Of a stretch of 64,000 nucleotides of DNA, positions 37,652 through 49,212 are shown piece after piece (within the stretch, counting starts at the first letter, position 1; each line of letters starts with the position of its first letter). Both the position numbers and the translations under genes were made by a program. Below the pieces are notes generated by a model. That model did no database searches and was not told where the DNA came from. It worked only from the letters and a program-made list of their open reading frames with translations. The stretch comes from Nitrospirota bacterium (lineage in GTDB: Bacteria > Nitrospirota > Thermodesulfovibrionia > Thermodesulfovibrionales > Dissulfurispiraceae). The stretch covers positions 1 through 64,000 of the forward strand of contig JBFMCP010000007.1 in assembly GCA_040754455.1 (NCBI GenBank), read 5' to 3'.

Positions 37652-38911
37652 TTACAACCCGAGTTCTTCAGGGACGCTGATCTTGCCGAGCACCGCGGTT
37701 GCAGCGGCAACGGCAGGGTTTGAGAGGTACACCTCGCTCTCGGGATGTCCCATTCTGCCGACGAAGTTCCTGTTCGTTGTCGCCAGCGCCCGCTCGCCCT
37801 TTGCGAGGATGCCCATATGCCCGCCGAGGCAGGGGCCGCAAGTCGGTGTCGAGACGACCGCCTCTGCATCGATGAAGATGTCAAGCAATCCCTCCTGCAT
37901 TGCCTGCTTGTAGATCAACTGGGTTGCAGGAATGACGATCAGCCGGACATTGGGGTTGACCTTTTTCCCTTTGATCACCTGTGCCGCCTCCCTCAGGTCT
38001 TCGAGCCTGCCGTTTGTGCAGGAACCGATGACCACCTGATCGATCGTGATGTGCGAGAGCTCGGTTGCAGGCTTCGTATTCGAGGGGAGGTGAGGGCAGG
38101 CAACCGTGGGCTGTATCTTCGAGCAATCGTATTCCCTTACCTCCACATATGTTGCATCGGCATCCGAGGTGTAGAGCTTGTATGGTCTCTTTGCCCTTCC
38201 TTTTACGTATTCTTCGGTGATGGCATCCGGAATGATGATGCCGTTCTTTCCGCCTGCCTCGATCGCCATGTTGCACATGGTGAGCCTGCCGTACATAGGA
38301 AGACTTCCTATCGCCTCCCCCTCGAACTCCATCGCCCGGTAGAGCGCGCCGTCGACGCCGATATCGCCGATGGTATGGAGGATCAGATCTTTTCCGCCGA
38401 CCCATTTCTTCAACGTGCCGTAATAGACGAATTTCATGGATTCCGGGACCTTGAACCAGCACTCTCCCGTTGCCATGGCGGCAGCGACATCGGTGGAGCC
38501 GACGCCCGTAGCAAAGGCTCCGAGCGCTCCATAGGTGCAGGTGTGGCTGTCGGCGCCGATCACCAGATCGCCGGGGCCGACCAATCCCTGCTCGGGCAGG
38601 AGCGCATGCTCAACGCCCATCCTCCCCACCTCGAAGTAGAGTCCCAGACGGTACTCCCTCGAAAAGTCTTTGAGCATCTTGCACTGCTCGGCAGCCTTGA
38701 TGTCTTTCTGGGGAGCAAAGTGGTCGGGAATGAAGGCCACGCGGTCTTTGTCAAAGACCTCCTTTGCGCCGGTCTTCTTGAATTCCTGTATGGCGATGGG
38801 AGCGGTAATGTCGTTGGCAAGGATAAGGTCGACCTTGGCATTTATCAATTCACCAGCAGCAACCTCTTTTTTGCCGGCGTGGGCTGCAAGAATCTTTTCT
38901 GTAATCGTCAT
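37652..38911 (-). CDS. leuC: 3-isopropylmalate dehydratase large subunit (short, homoaconitase-like type)
   Basis: [47 protein letters not shown]. Confidence 0.93.
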   Translation of the reverse strand: MTITEKILAAHAGKKEVAAGELINAKVDLILANDITAPIAIQEFKKTGAKEVFDKDRVAFIPDHFAPQKDIKAAEQCKMLKDFSREYRLGLYFEVGRMGVEHALLPEQGLVGPGDLVIGADSHTCTYGALGAFATGVGSTDVAAAMATGECWFKVPESMKFVYYGTLKKWVGGKDLILHTIGDIGVDGALYRAMEFEGEAIGSLPMYGRLTMCNMAIEAGGKNGIIIPDAITEEYVKGRAKRPYKLYTSDADATYVEVREYDCSKIQPTVACPHLPSNTKPATELSHITIDQVVIGSCTNGRLEDLREAAQVIKGKKVNPNVRLIVIPATQLIYKQAMQEGLLDIFIDAEAVVSTPTCGPCLGGHMGILAKGERALATTNRNFVGRMGHPESEVYLSNPAVAAATAVLGKISVPEELGL

Positions 38912-39059
38912 GGCTCCTCCAAATAAGTAAGCTTTTGAAACACATATTATATCTCTATGCGGGGATGATTGACAAGAGAGGGTTGGTGCGAGGGCTCTAT
39001 AATAAGGTACAATAAAGTGCAATTTATAACCATTGAGTATACTTAGAGAGGAGAATCGC

Positions 39060-39281
39060 ATGCCTTACGTGAATATCAAAATTACAAAGGACGGGGCCAC
39101 GGCAGAGCAGAAAGCCACGCTGATCAGCGGCGTTACCCAGCTGCTGGTCGATGTATTAGGAAAAAATCCCCAGACAACGATGGTTATTATCGATGAGGTT
39201 GAGACCGACAACTGGGGAATCGGCGGAGAATCGGTCACTGTACGGCGGAAACGCGGCTCAACAGAGACAACGGTTCGATGA
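39060..39281 (+). CDS. 4-oxalocrotonate tautomerase family protein
   Basis: Catalytic Pro-1 (MPYVNIKI) and NWGIGG. Confidence 0.9.
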   Translation: MPYVNIKITKDGATAEQKATLISGVTQLLVDVLGKNPQTTMVIIDEVETDNWGIGGESVTVRRKRGSTETTVR

Positions 39282-40741
39282 ACATTGCTTTGAGGAAGAT
39301 TTCGCAAACTCTTCGCGTGGTGTGCATCACTGCTGTTATGCTGTCATGCATTTCCTGCGCCTCTCTTTCTCAAAAATCCAGGTTCGATGAGTTGTTCGAT
39401 ACCCCTTCATTCACTGCTGCGCGCTGGGGCGCATCGGTGAAATCCGTAGAGAGCGGAGCATTCATCTACCGGCTCGACGATACCAAGGCCTTTACCCCTG
39501 CTTCGAATATGAAGCTCTTCACCACTGCCGTTGCTTTGGTGCGGCTCGGCCCTGAGTTCAGGTTCGCGACAGAGCTCTACACCAACGGCGAAGTCAGGGA
39601 CGGCATACTCCACGGCGACCTCGTAGTGCGGGGAAGTGGCGATCCGACGCTCTCAACCGGAGTATTCGAGAAATGGGCCGAACAGCTGCGTGCCGCCGGC
39701 ATAAGGGAGATCAGGGGCGCGCTCATCGGTGATGATAATGTGTTCGACGATCAATACCTCGGTACGGGATGGTCCTGGGATGATGCAGCCTTCGGCTATG
39801 CGGCCCAGATAAGCGGGCTCTCCTTCAATGACAACAGCGTGGGCATCGAGATACTCCCCGGAAGAACTATCGGCGGTCCAGCGATACTGAAGACCGCTCC
39901 TGATACAGGGTACGTGACCGTCAGCAACCAGGTTATCACTGTCCCGCCCGGCAATGGCCCGAACGCACTCCGTTTCTCCAGGGAGCCGGGTTCGAACAGG
40001 ATCATCGTTATGGGTGAAATAAGCGCCCAATCACCGGCACTCTACGAAAGGATCAGCGTGCATAATCCGACACACTTTGCCGTTGCAGCGTTCAAGGAAA
40101 TTATGGAAGCCAAGGGCATCCGCATTGCAGGAGAGTCTGTCGACATCGACGACATCAAAATGATACCTGATTACCCATCCATGAAAAAGATCGCTTTGCA
40201 TTTTTCGCAGCCGCTGTATGAAATCATCAGGGCCACGAACAAACTGAGCAGGAATATCTATGCCGAGCAAATATTCAGAACGTTAGGAAAGGTGATCGGC
40301 GGCGAAGGATCGACCGCGAGATCGGCAGCGGTCGTCAAAGAGACGCTTAGCTCCATGGGAATTCCGACTGATACGTTAGCTGTCTACGACGGGTCGGGCC
40401 TCTCCCGGCTGAATCTCGCAACGCCGCTCCAGATCGTACTGCTGCTCGATGCCATGGCAAAACATGAATACTTCAAGTACTTTTATGATTCGCTTCCTGT
40501 TGCGGGCGTGGACGGGACCCTCGAACGGCGGATGAAAAATACCGGCGCCGAGAAGAATCTCCATGCAAAAACTGGCTACTTCCAGCAGGTGAGAGCGCTC
40601 TCGGGCTATACCACCACAAAAGAGGGCGAGATGATCGCTTTCTCGATCATGGCGAACAACTATCTCGGCTCTCCTACAGATACCCGCGTTCTCCAGGACC
40701 GCTTCTGCGAGGTGCTCTCAGGACTTCCACGAAGCCGATAA
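39278..40741 (+). CDS. dacB: D-Ala-D-Ala carboxypeptidase/endopeptidase PBP4 (peptidase S13)
   Basis: PASNMK, GSGDPTL, SRN, DGSGLSR, AKTG; possible lipoprotein signal. Confidence 0.93.
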   Translation: MNIALRKISQTLRVVCITAVMLSCISCASLSQKSRFDELFDTPSFTAARWGASVKSVESGAFIYRLDDTKAFTPASNMKLFTTAVALVRLGPEFRFATELYTNGEVRDGILHGDLVVRGSGDPTLSTGVFEKWAEQLRAAGIREIRGALIGDDNVFDDQYLGTGWSWDDAAFGYAAQISGLSFNDNSVGIEILPGRTIGGPAILKTAPDTGYVTVSNQVITVPPGNGPNALRFSREPGSNRIIVMGEISAQSPALYERISVHNPTHFAVAAFKEIMEAKGIRIAGESVDIDDIKMIPDYPSMKKIALHFSQPLYEIIRATNKLSRNIYAEQIFRTLGKVIGGEGSTARSAAVVKETLSSMGIPTDTLAVYDGSGLSRLNLATPLQIVLLLDAMAKHEYFKYFYDSLPVAGVDGTLERRMKNTGAEKNLHAKTGYFQQVRALSGYTTTKEGEMIAFSIMANNYLGSPTDTRVLQDRFCEVLSGLPRSR

Positions 40742-40905
40742 CAGGAAATATTCGGCGAAGACAGTCTCCAGTATAAGTTTAGACTATAGTCGAATTTGTT
40801 TTATTAATTTGATCTGTTCATCTTTCCATGCTACAACTGTTAAAGTAGCATACCCTTTACAACATGAGCTCCTTAACAACCGTGTACTACTATGAGGTAG
40901 GGATT

Positions 40906-41235
40906 ATGGGGAAGAAGCTGAATTGCTGGGAATTCATGCAGTGCGGCAGGGGGCCGGGAGGGGCAAAGGTGGAGGGGCTGGGGGCATGTTCCGCAGCTAC
41001 CTTCACCTCTTCCGAGGAACTGAATGGAGGGACCAACGGGGGAAGAATGTGCTGGGCCATTGCAGATATATATGCCTTCGGAGAGCTGGCAAGGTCTTCT
41101 TCGAGGAGTTTGTATGATTGCCACGATTGCGATTTCCGCTGGAAGGTCCTCCTGGAAGAAGGAATAATCAAATCCGGAATGGTGAAGAGGACTGCGGTTC
41201 CGGAGAATTCAAACCAAGGGGGTAACGCGCTATGA
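40906..41235 (+). CDS. Two-CW domain cysteine-rich protein
   Basis: NCWEFMQCGR, NGGRMCW, CHDCDF. Confidence 0.8.
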   Translation: MGKKLNCWEFMQCGRGPGGAKVEGLGACSAATFTSSEELNGGTNGGRMCWAIADIYAFGELARSSSRSLYDCHDCDFRWKVLLEEGIIKSGMVKRTAVPENSNQGGNAL

Positions 41236-41606
41236 AGGTAAAAGGCCTTTTGGAGAGCAAGGGGAAAGAGATTGTGTCTATCGACGCCGACAGCTCAGTG
41301 GAAGACGCAATACGGTTAATGCACAGCAAGAAGGTCAGCGCGGTATTGGTTAATGAAAGAGAGAAGACTGTCGGTATCTTTACCGAAAGGGATGTCGTCA
41401 GGAGCTACGTTTCAAAAAACGGAAAAAAGTTCAGAGAGATACAGCTCAAAGATGCCATGACCTCCGACCTGATTACCGCAGGTCAGGATGACAATGTCGG
41501 CGACATCATGACGATTATGGTCAGGAATAATATACGCCATCTGCCGGTTATGGAAAACGGCAGTGTCATCGGCATGTTGTCCATACGCGACGTAATCGGG
41601 CTATAG
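41232..41606 (+). CDS. CBS domain pair protein
   Basis: GIFTERD, IRHLPV, GMLSIRDV. Confidence 0.9.
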   Translation: MKVKGLLESKGKEIVSIDADSSVEDAIRLMHSKKVSAVLVNEREKTVGIFTERDVVRSYVSKNGKKFREIQLKDAMTSDLITAGQDDNVGDIMTIMVRNNIRHLPVMENGSVIGMLSIRDVIGL

Positions 41607-41630
41607 TCCGCTTCGGATTGTTGAAAAAAG

Positions 41631-41654
41631 AAACGGCGGGGATTCCCGCCGTTT
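41631..41654. terminator. Probable bidirectional terminator
   Basis: AAACGGCGGG-GATT-CCCGCCGTTT between convergent genes. Confidence 0.8.
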
Positions 41655-41680
41655 ATCAGAATAAAGGGAGCAGTTGAGTG

Positions 41681-42004
41681 TTATCCGCCCATGTAGCCTC
41701 CGGCTACGCTCTCCCTTTCGGATTTTTCAGGTTCTTTCACCGAGCCGGGCCTCTCTGCACCTTCAGGGTACCTCGTCCAGTCGGTAGGGCAGACCTTTGT
41801 GAGGATCTGGAGCTTCCAGTCTATAGTCTCGATAATGTCCCTCAGATGTGGTGCATGGGTGTGTACCATCTCTTCCTGCTTCTCGAACCCTTCCACGTGA
41901 TCGAGCGTCTCAATCAGGTTGAGCAGTCTCGATTTCATGTTCGTAAGCTCATCGTAGATCTTGTCGCAATAACTTCTAACATTTATGTTTTTCGTGGTTG
42001 TCAT
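41681..42004 (-). CDS. Hypothetical helical protein
   Basis: RBS AAGGAGG; YC...CPTDW helical hairpin; ends in GGYMGG. Confidence 0.75.
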   Translation of the reverse strand: MTTTKNINVRSYCDKIYDELTNMKSRLLNLIETLDHVEGFEKQEEMVHTHAPHLRDIIETIDWKLQILTKVCPTDWTRYPEGAERPGSVKEPEKSERESVAGGYMGG

Positions 42005-42317
42005 GACAACCTCCTTTCATCGAAAGGATCCATACTCCCACGCTGCCGGGGAACCAGCAGTGCGGTTAACGTTCCGATAATGTTTTTTCGGAACGTTCCC
42101 CTTCTCTGAATAAAGGATAAATCTAGTCTGGTTTAATGTCAAGAGGTAATTTATGCAAGATAATCAAAGTTTTTTAAAATTATGAGAGAAGTTGACCGTA
42201 AGTTTTACCTGACCTCGGCGCAACTGCATGAATTATTTTGATGAATGGGCGCTGTCCATTAGTCGCCCAGGTTTGCCGTTTCTGAAGTATCTACCTTTTT
42301 GTTGTTGTTGATAAATG

Positions 42318-42713
42318 TTAACCCACAGGCCCAGCTAGGGTTCTCAACGCCTCCGGCAGTCTCTTCGGCCTGCCGTCTTTATCAATGCACGCAAAAGTAA
42401 CATACGCTTCGACCAAGAGGACACCGTCCCTCAGGACCTGATTTTTCAATGTCATCGAGGCATTTTTTATTTCAGTGATTTCCGTTGTGATCTCAATGAT
42501 GTCGCCGAGGCGGGCGGGCTTTTTGTAAGAGATGTCCACGCGGGTGACGACGAGAAATAATCCCTGATGGTGATAATCAGCTACGCTGATGCCCTTCTCT
42601 AAGAGAAATTCTGTCCGTGCCCGTTCGAGAAAGCCGAGGTACTTGCCGTAATAGACAACGCCGCCGGCGTCGGTGTCTTCGTAGTAGACTTTTGCCTTAT
42701 ACGTGTGCGCCAT
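42318..42713 (-). CDS. YbgC/FadM-family acyl-CoA thioesterase
   Basis: VYYEDTDAGGVVYY, FLERARTE. Confidence 0.92.
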   Translation of the reverse strand: MAHTYKAKVYYEDTDAGGVVYYGKYLGFLERARTEFLLEKGISVADYHHQGLFLVVTRVDISYKKPARLGDIIEITTEITEIKNASMTLKNQVLRDGVLLVEAYVTFACIDKDGRPKRLPEALRTLAGPVG

Positions 42714-42802
42714 GACCGATTATATAAACATTTTTGAGCAAGGAAAGAAAAGGGTCCGGGTAAATGCCCACGAGGATGTAATGGAACAGAGAGGAATAGT
42801 TG

Positions 42803-44308
42803 TTACTGTTTCTTTCTTGCAGCGAGCTTGTTCAGCGCGTTGATGTATGCTTTTGCAGCGGCGACGATGATGTCCGTATCGGCGCCGTGGCCGCGGACGG
42901 TCCTATCCTCTTCCTCGAGGGTCGCAAAGACCTCTCCCATTGCATCGGTGCCGCCGGTAATACTTTTTATCTCGAACTTAAGGAGGTTGCTTTTTGTCTG
43001 AGTAATTGCCGAGATCGCTTTGTAGACGGCGTCGACAGGGCCGTCACCATGCTCCAGCCGGTCGACGATGTTACCGTTGATCTTCATTTTTAATGCCGCG
43101 GTGGGTCTGACTGTTGTCCCGCTCGATATCGAGAGGTCCACAAGGCTGTAGATCTCGGGGGTCTTCGATATCTCCTCCGAGATGAGGGCCTCGAGGTCCT
43201 CATCGAAGATGTCCTTCTTCTGGTCGGCGAGATGCTTGAACTTTTTGAAGGCGGTCTCGATCTCCTCTTCGCTCAGGTCGAACCCGAGCTCCCTCAGCCG
43301 CGTCTTGAAGGCGTGTCTGCCCGAATGCTTGCCGAGCACCAGCTCTGTCTTCTGAAGCCCGATGTCTTCGGGGCGGATGATCTCATAGGTCATTTTTTCC
43401 TTCAGAAGACCGTCCTGGTGAATGCCCGACTCATGAGCAAAGGCGTTTGCGCCGACGATCGCCTTATTGGGCTGTACGGGTATTCCCGTTATCCTGGTGA
43501 CCAGCCTGCTTGTGCGGATGATCTCTTTGGTATTGATATTCGTTGTGGCGTTATAAAAATCTTTGCGGGTGTAGAGGTTCATCACGACCTCTTCCAACGA
43601 ACAGTTGCCTGCCCGCTCGCCGATGCCGTTGATGGTACATTCCACCTGTCCTGCGCCGTTGAGCACTGCAGCAAGGGAATTTGCAACAGCAAGACCAAGG
43701 TCGTTATGACAGTGCACTGCGATCACCGCGCTCTCGCCGATCTTGTCCTTGATGGCCTTGATCATCGCCCCGAATTCGACGGGCGTGGTGTAGCCGACGG
43801 TATCGGGAATATTCACGGTCAGGGCGCCGGCCTCGATGACCGCCTGGACGACCTCGATCAGATAGGGGAGATCGGTCCTCGTTGCGTCCATGGGAGAGAA
43901 CTCCACGTCGTCGACAAAGCTCTTTGCGAGCTGCACCATCTCGACGGAACGCTTCAACGCTTCCTCGCGGCTTACTCTGAACTGGTACTTCAGATGGATG
44001 TCCGAGGTGGAGTGGAAGGTGTGAATACGCCTCTGGGGTGCGTCCTTGATCGCTTCCCAGGCGCTCTTTATGTCCGCCTCTTTTGCCCGTGCAAGACCAG
44101 CGATGGTCGCGCCGGGCACTTCGTTGGCAATGCGCTTTACCGCCTCGAAATCGCCGGGAGAGGCGATAGGGAACCCCGCTTCGATGATATCGACACCGAG
44201 CCGCACCAGCTGCTTCGCAACCTGAAGCTTCTCTTCAGTGTTCATTGATGCGCCGGGTGACTGCTCTCCATCGCGGAGTGTAGTATCGAATATCTTGATG
44301 ATTCTCAT
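42803..44308 (-). CDS. leuA: 2-isopropylmalate synthase
   Basis: [35 protein letters not shown], regulatory domain GPVDA. Confidence 0.96.
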   Translation of the reverse strand: MRIIKIFDTTLRDGEQSPGASMNTEEKLQVAKQLVRLGVDIIEAGFPIASPGDFEAVKRIANEVPGATIAGLARAKEADIKSAWEAIKDAPQRRIHTFHSTSDIHLKYQFRVSREEALKRSVEMVQLAKSFVDDVEFSPMDATRTDLPYLIEVVQAVIEAGALTVNIPDTVGYTTPVEFGAMIKAIKDKIGESAVIAVHCHNDLGLAVANSLAAVLNGAGQVECTINGIGERAGNCSLEEVVMNLYTRKDFYNATTNINTKEIIRTSRLVTRITGIPVQPNKAIVGANAFAHESGIHQDGLLKEKMTYEIIRPEDIGLQKTELVLGKHSGRHAFKTRLRELGFDLSEEEIETAFKKFKHLADQKKDIFDEDLEALISEEISKTPEIYSLVDLSISSGTTVRPTAALKMKINGNIVDRLEHGDGPVDAVYKAISAITQTKSNLLKFEIKSITGGTDAMGEVFATLEEEDRTVRGHGADTDIIVAAAKAYINALNKLAARKKQ

Positions 44309-45114
44309 TCCAGATTCTCCTTGTCTTCCGCTCTCCTCATGGGATGGGACGGCGGTTCTTCCTGCGGTTCCGTCTGCTTTATTTTTTTCCTGTTCATAAA
44401 AAGGTAAATATTCTCAATTATACCCCAAGTAAGGTAGATCATTGCAAAGACGAATATTGCTGTCGAGGGGTGGATCAGCAACACAAAAAGGACGAGCACA
44501 AAGATCACGAGGACCCAGAAGGGCTTCTTCTCCCTGAAGTCGATCTCCTTTAGCCCGTGGTATTTCAACGTGCTCACCATCAGAAGGGCGAGCAGTATCG
44601 TAATCGCAGGGAAGAAAATATTCCGTTCAGGCAGCCCTGTCCAGAACTCATAGTAGAAGATGACAATCGAAGAGACGACCGTGGCTGCGCCGGGTATCGG
44701 CATCCCCTTGAAGGCCTTTGATCCAGGGGCGCCGGTCTGGATGTTGAAGCGCGCAAGCCGCAATGCCCCGCAGGCCACAAAGAGAAATGCCGCCGCCCAG
44801 CCGAGCCTGCCGAAGGGATAGAGCGCCCATTTGTACATCATGATCGCCGGAGCGACCCCAAAGGCGATGACGTCGGAGAGGGAATCGAGTTCTATGCCGA
44901 AGCGTGTTGACGTATTGGTGAGCCGCGCGATCCAGCCGTCGAGGCCGTCGAAGATGTTCGCGAGGACGATCGCCCACGCGGCGTTGAGATAGTTGCCGTT
45001 GATGGCGGACATGATGGCGAAAAAGCCGGCGAACATACCGCAGAGCGTCAGGGTGTTGGGCAAGAGATAGACACCCTTCTTGGGCTTTTTTTCGTTGACG
45101 GCGTGAGCGGCCAT
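44305..45114 (-). CDS. pssA: CDP-diacylglycerol--serine O-phosphatidyltransferase
   Basis: [28 protein letters not shown]. Confidence 0.93.
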   Translation of the reverse strand: MAAHAVNEKKPKKGVYLLPNTLTLCGMFAGFFAIMSAINGNYLNAAWAIVLANIFDGLDGWIARLTNTSTRFGIELDSLSDVIAFGVAPAIMMYKWALYPFGRLGWAAAFLFVACGALRLARFNIQTGAPGSKAFKGMPIPGAATVVSSIVIFYYEFWTGLPERNIFFPAITILLALLMVSTLKYHGLKEIDFREKKPFWVLVIFVLVLFVLLIHPSTAIFVFAMIYLTWGIIENIYLFMNRKKIKQTEPQEEPPSHPMRRAEDKENLE

Positions 45115-45120
45115 ACGTAG

Positions 45121-45750
45121 TTACCCCCGTGTTCCGATGATGGTTTCCCCTGCGGTTACTTTATCGCCTAATTTTACCTTAAGTACCGTATCTTCCGGAA
45201 GATAGATATCGAGTCGCGAGCTGAATTTGATGACCCCGTAGCGCTCACCTTTTTTGAGGCAATCTCCCGGCCTGACCCTGCAGACCGCCCGACGTGCAAT
45301 CGCCCCCGCCACCTGGCGGACCAGAACACGGCCGCTCTTCCCCTTGAGCAGCATGGCGATGTTTTCATTCTGGAGCGAGGCTTCGGGTTTGAAGGCAGAG
45401 AGGAACTTCCCCGGCGTATGGACAACGCACTCGACAACGCCGTCGCAGGGCGCCCTGTTGACATGAACATTGAAGGGGGACATAAAGATGCTCACCTCGA
45501 TGGCCCGCTCTTTCAGATAGGTCTCTTCCGCCACATTCTGAATGAGGATGATCCTCCCGTCGGCGGGTGCGACAAACACCGCATCTCCGGGAGGCGGGGT
45601 CCTCTCAGGATCTCTGAAAAAGAAGAGCATGAACCCGGTAAGGAGCAGCAGCAAAAGGGCCAGCCATGTCCCGCCTATGATATAAACAATAATGGTGGCG
45701 ACAGCAAAAAATGCGATGAAGGGATATCCTTCTGGAGCGAATTTGAACAT
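45121..45750 (-). CDS. psd: Phosphatidylserine decarboxylase proenzyme
   Basis: FFRDPER, APADG, FMSPFNVHVNRAP, IKFSSR cleavage site. Confidence 0.93.
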   Translation of the reverse strand: MFKFAPEGYPFIAFFAVATIIVYIIGGTWLALLLLLLTGFMLFFFRDPERTPPPGDAVFVAPADGRIILIQNVAEETYLKERAIEVSIFMSPFNVHVNRAPCDGVVECVVHTPGKFLSAFKPEASLQNENIAMLLKGKSGRVLVRQVAGAIARRAVCRVRPGDCLKKGERYGVIKFSSRLDIYLPEDTVLKVKLGDKVTAGETIIGTRG

Positions 45751-45759
45751 TATCTCTCA

Positions 45760-45845
45760 GTAGTCAGGATCCAGAATCCAGAAGTCAGAATAACAACCAA
45801 AAGAAAAAATTATGTATTCTTCTGGCTTCTGACTTCTGTCTTCTG
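45760..45845. repeat. Palindromic heptamer-repeat element (GTCAGAA-type unit)
   Basis: GTCAGGA TCCAGAA TCCAGAA GTCAGAA ... TTCTGGC TTCTGAC TTCTGTC TTCTG. Confidence 0.8.
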
Positions 45846-45855
45846 TTTGTTGTCG

Positions 45856-46899
<1,044 letters not shown>

Positions 46900-46985
46900 T
46901 TAAGCCCAAAGGGTGAATCTTATATATTACATATTTTACAAAATAATTTCAGGCATTTCTAAGGTAAAGATGATCACAGGGGCAG

Positions 46986-47016
46986 AAAACAAAAGGGCTG
47001 GCCGTATGGCCAGCCC
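46986..47016 (-). terminator. Terminator of the cytochrome gene
   Basis: GGGCTGGCC / GGCCAGCCC stem with minus-strand TTTTGTTTT. Confidence 0.8.
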
Positions 47017-47037
47017 CTCCCGGTCGTCCTAAAAAGT

Positions 47038-48774
47038 CTAGTAAGCAGGCGACGGGCAAACGTGCGGGAACGGCGTGGTGTCGACATATTCAGCAACGCA
47101 AGCCGGGTCGCAGGGATCGCACTTGCCCCTCTCGGGCCGTGCAACGTTGTGACAGAAGTAACAGCCGATCCCCTTGGTCCCTTTATTAAGGTGGCCATGC
47201 ATGCTTTCATGGCTGCGCGGGGTTTTCGGAGAATGACACTGGCCGCAGACCTGGCTCTGAGGGCCTTTCAGCTTGTACCCCATCTTGTCGAGCATGGAAT
47301 CGCTGGTTGTATCGAGATTCGCCCTCATATCACCGTGACATTGCGAGCAGGGCGCTACGCTGGCGGCAGGGTTCACGCCGTGGTTGATCATTTGATATGT
47401 ATCGGTGGTGATCCATGTATAACTTTCGCCGGAGCATCCCATGTTGGTAAGACCCGATGCTACGGCGTCAAGGACATTGCCGGTGCCTTTTAGGTAGACA
47501 AAGGTATCAAGGGCGATCAGTTTGTCATTACACTTTGCTCCTGTGCCTAACGGCTGGGCAGCCGTCTTGTACTTGAAGGGTGTGAGCTTGCCGCTCGTAA
47601 TGTCGCCCAGAGGGGTGGAGGTCGGATAGGTGCCTTTTGAGGAATCATAGGTGCGGGAGGCAGGATCACCCAGCAGATAGCTGTCGCTCAGCCTGTTCCA
47701 GAACCGGTACACCGGAATCAGATTCGCTACCATATCGGTGTGCGGATGTCCGGGGCAGGGATTTGTGGAAGTGCAGGTTGTGGCGTCCCTGCCGTCATGC
47801 TTGATACGCCAGTCACGATGGGTCTCTGTAGCAACCTTAGCATAGGTCGGGATATGACAGGACTGGCATGCTACTCTGAACACATGACGGTCGCCTGTTG
47901 TGTCACGTACGCCGGCGGCTGCGTGGCCGGTACCCGAATCAAAATTTGTATGGCAGGTCGAGCACTCAACTTCTGACCCGCGGGTAAGGTCATCGGTCAC
48001 CCTGAGGTCGGACCCCTTTCCGATTACTTTGTGATTCTGGAATTTGTGACATGCCTGGCAGGCGAGGTTCGGGCCTGTCGTATTCATATGAACATCGAAA
48101 TTGGGATCAGCATTGGTAATAGTTGCGGCGGAGAGATCGCCCCTCTTTTTGGCATCTCCTCCGCCGGCATAGGCATGGCACTTCAGACAAACCGTTCTCG
48201 TGGGCTTTGTGATATCTCGTACCATTGAATCGGAAGGTGTCGGGACGCCCATCGAACCATCAGAGAGCCGTACCCTCTGTGTTGCGTATGACTCATTATG
48301 GCAGACAAGGCAATCGATATTGGCGAGCGTAGCAGTCGGATCATCAGGTCTCTTCCCACGTCCGACATGGCATGCGCCGCAGGCCGGCCAGTCGCCGAGG
48401 ATATTGATGCAGTAGCTGTTAAGGGAGTTGGTAAGCTTGCCCTGTGGTGTACCCGACTGGTTTATGTTCTCCGGGGCGCTTCCTGTCCACTTGTAATGGT
48501 TTGTTGCCGCCATCTCATTGAATTGAGTGGCGTGACAGCTCTGGCAGTTCGCCGGATAATCGGAATAGAGGAGTGTCGCATGCGGATTAAGCGCACATGC
48601 AGCATCGCCGGTGCAGTCAGAATCTGCGCAGTCGATTTTTCCGTCTTTGTCGTTGTCGATTCCATCGGAGCATTTGCCGGCTTCCGAAGTAACGGGTTTT
48701 GCGGCGTAGGCATTTGATAAGCATAAGGCAAATACAATACAAATAATGCTGAACAAGACGACGACTTTTTTCAT
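47038..48774 (-). CDS. Secreted decaheme cytochrome c, related to octaheme tetrathionate reductase (OTR)
   Basis: Signal peptide; ten CxxCH motifs; OTR-like GK..NSYC..CGACH and CLKCHAYAGGGDAKKRGD. Confidence 0.88.
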   Translation of the reverse strand: MKKVVVLFSIICIVFALCLSNAYAAKPVTSEAGKCSDGIDNDKDGKIDCADSDCTGDAACALNPHATLLYSDYPANCQSCHATQFNEMAATNHYKWTGSAPENINQSGTPQGKLTNSLNSYCINILGDWPACGACHVGRGKRPDDPTATLANIDCLVCHNESYATQRVRLSDGSMGVPTPSDSMVRDITKPTRTVCLKCHAYAGGGDAKKRGDLSAATITNADPNFDVHMNTTGPNLACQACHKFQNHKVIGKGSDLRVTDDLTRGSEVECSTCHTNFDSGTGHAAAGVRDTTGDRHVFRVACQSCHIPTYAKVATETHRDWRIKHDGRDATTCTSTNPCPGHPHTDMVANLIPVYRFWNRLSDSYLLGDPASRTYDSSKGTYPTSTPLGDITSGKLTPFKYKTAAQPLGTGAKCNDKLIALDTFVYLKGTGNVLDAVASGLTNMGCSGESYTWITTDTYQMINHGVNPAASVAPCSQCHGDMRANLDTTSDSMLDKMGYKLKGPQSQVCGQCHSPKTPRSHESMHGHLNKGTKGIGCYFCHNVARPERGKCDPCDPACVAEYVDTTPFPHVCPSPAY

Positions 48775-48877
48775 TCATTCCCTCCATGTCGCGGGTTAAT
48801 ACAAGCACAGCCCCCTTTACGTAAGCTTAGGTTTCTTCACGCCACCTCCTCAAACTGCGTATTTTAGAGAAGAATAT

Positions 48878-48895
48878 ATTCAATTAACATGCCAA
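48878..48895 (-). promoter_or_regulatory. Putative sigma54 promoter
   Basis: Minus strand TTGGCATGTTAATTGAAT: good -24 element, -12 element deviates (TTGA for TTGC). Confidence 0.5.
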
Positions 48896-49212
48896 GTAGA
48901 TTCCATAAATACAATTAACATGTTGTTTTTAATTATCAGATTGTTAAATATTTAAGTATTTGTTTTAGAAAGCAATCATGTTGTTGCCAAATTTAGAATA
49001 ATCGAAATAATAAAAATTAAAAACAATCGGTTTCGGTGAAATTCCGACCGCGTTTCATGATATCTGGTGATATGCCCCCAAAATTGGGGCCTTTGAGTGC
49101 CTTTGTTCAGGTCGGTAAAATTGACGGGACTGACGGCCTCTTTGACGATAGTATACTTCTTGGTGCAGTGGCCTGTTTGCCGAATTCGGCTACAGCGTTC
49201 TAAAATGAGAAA

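Noticed and set aside
42240..42300. c-di-GMP-I riboswitch (GGCAAACC on the minus strand)
   Set aside because: The GNRA loop, GACGCAAA and second stem are absent.
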